From Pirellulales bacterium (GTDB lineage: Bacteria; Planctomycetota; Planctomycetia; Pirellulales; JAICIG01): a DNA stretch of 64,000 bases. The position numbers and the translations under genes are program-made. The notes under the pieces were generated by a model. The model ran no database searches. It was not told the origin of the DNA and saw only the letters and a program-made list of their open reading frames with translations. Within the stretch, counting starts at the first letter, position 1. Each line of letters starts with the position of its first letter. The stretch lies in contig JBBDYJ010000020.1 of assembly GCA_040901675.1 (NCBI GenBank), positions 90,801-154,800 on the forward strand, read 5' to 3'. Shown in pieces: positions 58,591-64,000 of this stretch.

Positions 58591-61500
58591 ATGGGCAAAG
58601 TCGCCGCCGATGGAGAACTCCCCGTGACCACCCACAAGACCGATCCACTGCCTGACTCGCCAACGACGGCGGACGATGTCGTGGAAGAAGGCGACGCGCG
58701 GGGCGAAGGCGCGTCGTTCCCGATTGTCGGCATCGGCGCATCCGCCGGCGGGCTGGAGGCGTTCACGGAGTTGCTCAAGCATTTGCCGCTCGATACGGGC
58801 ATGGGGTTCGTGCTGGTGCAGCATCTCGATCCGCAGCATGAAAGTGCGCTTACCCAGCTTCTGTCGCGGGTCACTTTGCTGCCGGTGAGGGAGGTGACGG
58901 ACAAACTGCGGATGGAGGCCAATCAGGTTTATATCATCCCACCCAACACGAGCCTGAGCATCGTGAAGGGCATTTTGCAACTTGAGCCGCGCGAGCAGTC
59001 GCGTACGCCGCATCGGTCCATTGATTTCTTTTTTGAATCGCTGGCGCAGGACCAGCGCGAGCGGGCCATCGGTGTGATTCTTTCCGGCACGGCGACCGAC
59101 GGCACGCTGGGACTGGAAGCAATTAAAGCCGAGGCCGGGATTACGTTTGCCCAGGATGATTCGGCCAAGTATGACTCGATGCCGCGCAGCGCCGTGGCGG
59201 CGGGCTGCGTGGATTTCGTTCTCTCGCCGGAGAACATCGCGAAAGAACTCGCCCGCATCGCCAAGCATCCTTACGTCGCTGGGCAACCGACCGGCTTCCT
59301 CACCCCCGCGGAAGCTGACCCGTTGAGCGCGGACCCGGACGATGAAACGCCGCTTCCATCGGGCGGACTCGGAACGCCGACGACCGAAGCCGAGAGAGGT
59401 TCAGAGCAAGGCCGGGAGAACGGCTTCAGAAAGATTCGGCTTCTCCTTCGCAACCATGCGGGGGTGGATTTCTCGCTTTACAAGGCCACCACCGTCCACC
59501 GGCGCATCAGCCGGCGGATGGTGCTCGGCAAGCACGAAACGCTGGAGAACTACGCCGATTTCCTGGGGGGCAACGCCAAAGAACTGGACGCCCTCTACGC
59601 CGACGTTCTTATCGGCGTCACCAGTTTTTTCCGCAACCCGGAAGCGTTTGACTTTCTCCAGCGCAAGGTTTTCCCCAAGCTCCTCGAGCAAGCCGGCGAC
59701 GATCCGCTCCGCGCTTGGGTACTCGGCTGTTCCACCGGGCAGGAGGCGTATTCCATTGCGATGGCATTCGTGGAAACCGCGGAGAAAGCGCCCCTCATGC
59801 GCAAGCTCCAGGTGTTCGCCACCGACCTCAATGATGCGCTGCTCGACAAAGCCCGCCACGGCCTTTATGCCAAGAACCTGGCAGCCGATGTCTCTCTGGA
59901 GCGCTTGCGGCGCTTTTTCGTCGAGGAGCAAGGCGGTTACCGCGTCATCAAGCCGCTGCGCGAGATGGTCGTCTTTGCCCGGCAGAATCTGATCAGCGAC
60001 CCGCCGTTCTCGCGTATGGACCTCATCAGTTGCCGCAACGTGCTGATTTATCTTGCACCGGGTCTGCAGCAGAAGGTGCTTCCCACGTTTCATTATGCGC
60101 TCAAGCCGGAGGGGTTCTTATTTCTGGGCGCGTCGGAATCCATCGGCACCTTCACCGCCCTGTTTGAGCCGGCGGACAAGAAGCACAAAATCTATTCCAA
60201 GAAAGCTGCGCTGACTCCGGAGTTTCATCTGCCGGTTAAAACGGTGCGCGGCCAGCCCCCCTCGCCCGGCCAGAGGCCGCCCCCTGCTCTTTTCCTGGCG
60301 CAGAGAGAGGCGTCGGAAGGATTGCGTGCCGAACTCAATGCACAGCGGGAGGCCGACCGCGTCACCGTCAATCAATTCGCTCCCCCAGGCGTACTCATCA
60401 ATGCCGAGTTGCAAATCCTCCAGTTCCGTGGCCCGACCGGCGCGTATCTAGAACCCCCCACCGGCAAGGCGACTTTCGACGTGCTGAAGATGGCGCGCGA
60501 AGGTTTGATGCTGCCACTGCGCGCCGCCATCAACAAGGCAATCAAGGAAAACAACACCTCGCGCGTGGAAAACGTAGCGGTCGAACAGAATGGCACGACC
60601 CTGACGGTGAATTTGGAAGTCATTCCGCTGAAGAATCTGAAGGAGCGCTGCTTTTTGATTCTGTTTGAGGACGCGGAAAAGGCAGGGCGTGCCGCGGACG
60701 GCACGCCGTCCCCGGAACCGCCCAGCGACGCCAGGAGAACTCCACGCCCGGCCAACAAGGATGACGCCCGCAAAGTCGTCGAACTGGAGCGCAAACTTTC
60801 CGAGACGCGCGATTACCTGCAATCCCTCCAGGAACAGTACGAGGCGGCCACCGAGGAACTCCAGGCGGGCAATGAAGAAGTTCAGTCCGCCAACGAGGAA
60901 TTGCAAAGCATCAATGAAGAACTGGAAACGTCCAAGGAAGAGCTGGAGTCCACCAACGAAGAACTCACGACGGTAAACGAGGAGATGGCCAATCGCAACA
61001 CCGAACTGAACCGGCTTAACAGCGACCTGGCCAATCTCCAGGATTCGACCAAGCTCGCCATCGTGCTGCTCGGACGCGACCTGACCATCCGTCGCTTCAG
61101 CGCGAAGGCCGAACAACAGTTCAACCTTCTGGCCACGGACGTGGGCCGGCCCATCAGCGGCGTCCGGCACAATCTCGACCTGCCTGATTTGGGGGCTGTC
61201 ATCGCTGAAGTCATCACCAGTGTGCGCGAATGCGAGCGCGAAGTGCGGGACAACGACGGGCGTTGGTATTCGCTGCACGTGCGCCCTTACATCACCTCGG
61301 ACAACAAGGTGGACGGCGCGACCCTCGTGCTCGTGGATATCAACGCGCTCAAAGAGTCCGAGCAGGCGGTGATCGCCGCACGCGATTTTGCCGAGGCCAT
61401 TATTCGCACTACGCGCGACCCGTTCCTGATTCTGGACGCCGAGCTGCGCGTCGAGAGCGCCAACGAAGCCTTCTATACCACCTTCAAAGTTTCTCCCGCG

Positions 61501-62115
61501 GAATCGGTGGGCCGCACGATTTTTAAACTCGACCACGGGCGCTGGAACATTCCCAAACTGCGAGAACTCCTTCAAGATATTCTGCCCCGTCACAGCTTTT
61601 TCAATAACTTCGAGGTCACGAACAACTTTGAAAACATCGGTCACCGCACCATGCTGCTCAACGCCCGGACGTTGAAGGAAACCAGCAGGCAGCCCGCACG
61701 GATTCTACTGGGCATCCAGGACGTCAGCGAGCTGTTGCACTTCCAGGCCGAGATGCGGCGCTCGGAACTGCGCTATCGCCGCCTCTTCGAAGCAGCCAAA
61801 GACGGCGTGCTGATTATCGACCCGGACACGCGAAGAATCCTCGATGCCAACCCGTTCGTGACCGAGCTGTTGGGTTATCCGCTCGAAGCATTGCGGGGGA
61901 AGGAACTGTTCGAAATCGGCCTGCTCAAAGATGAAGAGGCCAGCCGCGCGGCCTTCCGGGAATTGCACGACAAGGGCTTTATCCGCTACGAGAGTTTGCC
62001 GCTGGAGACCAAATCCGGCCAGCGCCGCGAGGTGGAGTTCGTCAGCAACCTTTACCAGGAAGGGGTAGGAAAAGTCGTCCAGTGCAACATCCGCGACGTC
62101 ACCGAACGCAAGTAG
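58591..62115 (+). CDS. CheB/CheR fusion with coiled coil and PAS domains, probably truncated before its output domain
   Basis: VGIGASAGG, VQHLDP, ILSGTATDG, IGVTSFFRNP, GCSTGQEAYS, DLISCRNVLIY, EELQSINEELETSKEEL; ends DVTERK*AE. Confidence 0.92.
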   Translation: MGKVAADGELPVTTHKTDPLPDSPTTADDVVEEGDARGEGASFPIVGIGASAGGLEAFTELLKHLPLDTGMGFVLVQHLDPQHESALTQLLSRVTLLPVREVTDKLRMEANQVYIIPPNTSLSIVKGILQLEPREQSRTPHRSIDFFFESLAQDQRERAIGVILSGTATDGTLGLEAIKAEAGITFAQDDSAKYDSMPRSAVAAGCVDFVLSPENIAKELARIAKHPYVAGQPTGFLTPAEADPLSADPDDETPLPSGGLGTPTTEAERGSEQGRENGFRKIRLLLRNHAGVDFSLYKATTVHRRISRRMVLGKHETLENYADFLGGNAKELDALYADVLIGVTSFFRNPEAFDFLQRKVFPKLLEQAGDDPLRAWVLGCSTGQEAYSIAMAFVETAEKAPLMRKLQVFATDLNDALLDKARHGLYAKNLAADVSLERLRRFFVEEQGGYRVIKPLREMVVFARQNLISDPPFSRMDLISCRNVLIYLAPGLQQKVLPTFHYALKPEGFLFLGASESIGTFTALFEPADKKHKIYSKKAALTPEFHLPVKTVRGQPPSPGQRPPPALFLAQREASEGLRAELNAQREADRVTVNQFAPPGVLINAELQILQFRGPTGAYLEPPTGKATFDVLKMAREGLMLPLRAAINKAIKENNTSRVENVAVEQNGTTLTVNLEVIPLKNLKERCFLILFEDAEKAGRAADGTPSPEPPSDARRTPRPANKDDARKVVELERKLSETRDYLQSLQEQYEAATEELQAGNEEVQSANEELQSINEELETSKEELESTNEELTTVNEEMANRNTELNRLNSDLANLQDSTKLAIVLLGRDLTIRRFSAKAEQQFNLLATDVGRPISGVRHNLDLPDLGAVIAEVITSVRECEREVRDNDGRWYSLHVRPYITSDNKVDGATLVLVDINALKESEQAVIAARDFAEAIIRTTRDPFLILDAELRVESANEAFYTTFKVSPAESVGRTIFKLDHGRWNIPKLRELLQDILPRHSFFNNFEVTNNFENIGHRTMLLNARTLKETSRQPARILLGIQDVSELLHFQAEMRRSELRYRRLFEAAKDGVLIIDPDTRRILDANPFVTELLGYPLEALRGKELFEIGLLKDEEASRAAFRELHDKGFIRYESLPLETKSGQRREVEFVSNLYQEGVGKVVQCNIRDVTERK

Positions 62116-62257
62116 GCGGAGCACAAATCGGGTGAAGAGCATGCGTCTGCCGCGTTGTCTCGTATTCCTGGCGTCGGTGGGCCTGGTGCCGTCCACGATC
62201 CTATCCAGGGCCCTGCCGGCCTGGTGAAGAAGTACGAAGCCAAGCTGCAGCGGGCCG

Positions 62258-62421
62258 AGCCGATTTGGATCGCCCGCTGCGTGACGCCGCCGCGCAACTG
62301 GCCGACCAGGCGCTCTAGCTCGTCGGCATGCCGGCAATCACGTTGTCCGGGCCGCCGGTCCCGCTTCCACACCAGGTCTCGCCAATACGCCAGACCGCTG
62401 GCGTCCGCCTCGCGGAACAGG
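62258..62421 (-). pseudogene. Internally deleted remnant of the metzincin/DUF4214-like gene
   Basis: 62258-62327 matches 55869-55938 and 62328-62421 matches 56177-56269. Confidence 0.85.
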
Positions 62422-62599
62422 CGGCCCGCAGTACAGTGGGGGACAACGCCGCCGGCGAGCAGACCGAGCGCCGCCAGCGGCGCCGGGCCGGTGAGGCCTG
62501 CTTGGCACAAGGACCTCACCGGCCGCCCTATGTCCGTCGCTAGTCATCCGTCTTCCGGTACACAGACCGGATGCCGGGAGGACCTGGACCGGAGGGCGC

Positions 62600-63088
62600 C
62601 TAAGGTGCCGGTGCGTCGATCCGCCTCGGCGCGCCCAACGGAACAAGCTGGAGAACGATCAACTCCACGTCGATGTCTCCTTCATTCACAAGGATGTGCA
62701 CGAGTCCGGCATCCTCCACGAAACCGGTGCCCGCGGGGAAGACATGCGGCGTGGCCGGATCATCGGCTTGATAAAAGGTCGCCGTGCCGGATTTGACCGA
62801 GATGATGGAGGGACCGGGATGAAAGTGCCAGCCGCCGTGCCCCCCTGGTACGACCCTGATGTGCGCGACGTAGACGTCAGAGAGCCCCCTGGTTTTCAGC
62901 TCGACCTCGTGGTCATCGGTTTCGCTCTTCGTGTTGATTTCATCCAGCACCGCAGGTCCCGAGATGGGGGTGATGAAGATGCCCTGGCCGGGCGTCGCCC
63001 AAGCGAACCTCAAGGCGATTCCACCGAAGGCACAGGCGACGAGAACTCCAGCCAACGTCCGCTTCAATTTCATCTTGCTCATGGTCAT
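62600..63088 (-). CDS. Secreted cupin-domain protein
   Basis: Signal peptide; PGGHGGWHFHPGP...GFVEDAGLVH..NEG. Confidence 0.85.
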   Translation of the reverse strand: MTMSKMKLKRTLAGVLVACAFGGIALRFAWATPGQGIFITPISGPAVLDEINTKSETDDHEVELKTRGLSDVYVAHIRVVPGGHGGWHFHPGPSIISVKSGTATFYQADDPATPHVFPAGTGFVEDAGLVHILVNEGDIDVELIVLQLVPLGAPRRIDAPAP

Positions 63089-63130
63089 CTTTCTATCTGG
63101 TGTTTGCGCGGCAAGAAAACCTGGCCGCAG

Positions 63131-64000
63131 TTAGCAGATTTCGGGATCATCGGGGTCGAGTTCGGCCTTTCTCCGTTCGAGATTCTCCTCCAACAGGGGA
63201 ATCGACTGATCGAGCTTCTTCATCGACCAGTACAGCAAGGCCAGGCTGTCCCCGCTGAGGATGGTGTCGGCGTGGTCGGCCCCCAGCTTGGCGGTGCGGA
63301 TCGCCAGCACCTCCTTGTACAGGGGCTCGGCGTCGGCATACGGTTTCGCGTCGAGGAGCGCCTTACCGATCTCGGCCAGGACGGCGGCGAGTTCCGGGCT
63401 TTCGGCGGGAAACTGCTCGCGCGCGGCCCGTACTTGCTCCGTCGCCAGGCCGACCGCCTCCGTCGTCTTCCCTGCCCCCACGTAAGACGTCAGCAAGACA
63501 TTGCCGACCCAGGCCAGTTCGGAGTCCTGGCGGCCCTTCCGGTGGACTTCTTCGAGCAGTGGAATGGCGGCGGCGAAGCGTCCGGCGTCGCAGTAGCAGG
63601 CGCCGAGGTCGGCCTGCATCCACAGCGTTGTGGGGTACTCGTTGGCTTTGCTCCGTTTGAGTGCCTCCTCCAACAAGGGAATTGCCTGTTCGAGCTTTTT
63701 CATGGAGCGGTACACCATGGCCAAGTCGTACTGGCTATAGAGGGTTTCGAGGTGGTCGGTGCCCAGCGTGGCGGTACGGACCGCCAGCATCTCCTTGTAC
63801 AGCGTCTCGGCCAAGGCGGTCTTCCCCTGGCCGAAGTACAGCGAGGCCAGGTCATACTGGCTGCGGCGGGTGTCGGCATCGTCGGCCCCCAGCTTGGCAG
63901 TACGCGCCGCCACCACCTCGCGGAGCAGCGCCTCGGCCAGGGCGAAGTTCCCCTGGGAGTGGTACAGCAGCGCCAGGTGGTGCCGGGTGCTGAGATTGTC
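63131..64000 (-). CDS. TPR-repeat protein, 3' part (runs off right edge)
   Basis: Repeats of AEPLYKEVLAIRTAKLGADHADT; ends abruptly mid-repeat. Confidence 0.85.
   Translation of the reverse strand, partial: DNLSTRHHLALLYHSQGNFALAEALLREVVAARTAKLGADDADTRRSQYDLASLYFGQGKTALAETLYKEMLAVRTATLGTDHLETLYSQYDLAMVYRSMKKLEQAIPLLEEALKRSKANEYPTTLWMQADLGACYCDAGRFAAAIPLLEEVHRKGRQDSELAWVGNVLLTSYVGAGKTTEAVGLATEQVRAAREQFPAESPELAAVLAEIGKALLDAKPYADAEPLYKEVLAIRTAKLGADHADTILSGDSLALLYWSMKKLDQSIPLLEENLERRKAELDPDDPEIC

Noticed and set aside
62113..62260. Programmed amber readthrough of CheB/CheR
   Set aside because: The downstream frame encodes no recognisable kinase or PAS domain.
55869..62421. DGR template/variable repeat pair
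   Set aside because: Mismatches are not adenine-specific, the copy has an internal deletion, and no reverse transcriptase is present.

Overview
High-GC bacterial chromosome segment with strong Planctomycetota (Pirellulales-like) hallmarks: a TIGR02999-type ECF sigma factor with Ser/Thr kinases, LEPRxLL-type secreted proteins, prenyltransferase-repeat proteins and heptamer repeats. Bases 1-45.3 kb are mostly core or metabolic genes: metH, an ECF-kinase-kinase module, tRNA-Leu(UAA), leuA with a Leu-rich leader-peptide attenuator, vapBC, a MacAB-like ABC exporter, a PAP2/vanadium haloperoxidase-like protein, a CFA-synthase-like methyltransferase, pcm, sigma70, an atu/liu-like cluster, rpmG, recJ and a second pcm. 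From ~45.3 kb the window is an accessory hotspot around two identical tRNA-Pro(CGG) genes 11.5 kb apart. Each is preceded by the same promoter boxes and by a pcm 3' end, and the second pcm end differs from the first only at synonymous sites. Cargo includes integron-cassette-like genes with attC remnants, gene fragments, a TlpA-hydrolase fusion, a secreted metzincin, a truncated CheB/CheR fusion and a deleted copy of part of the metzincin gene. I saw no integrase, CRISPR array or rRNA. All family calls come from motif recognition by eye, not database searches.
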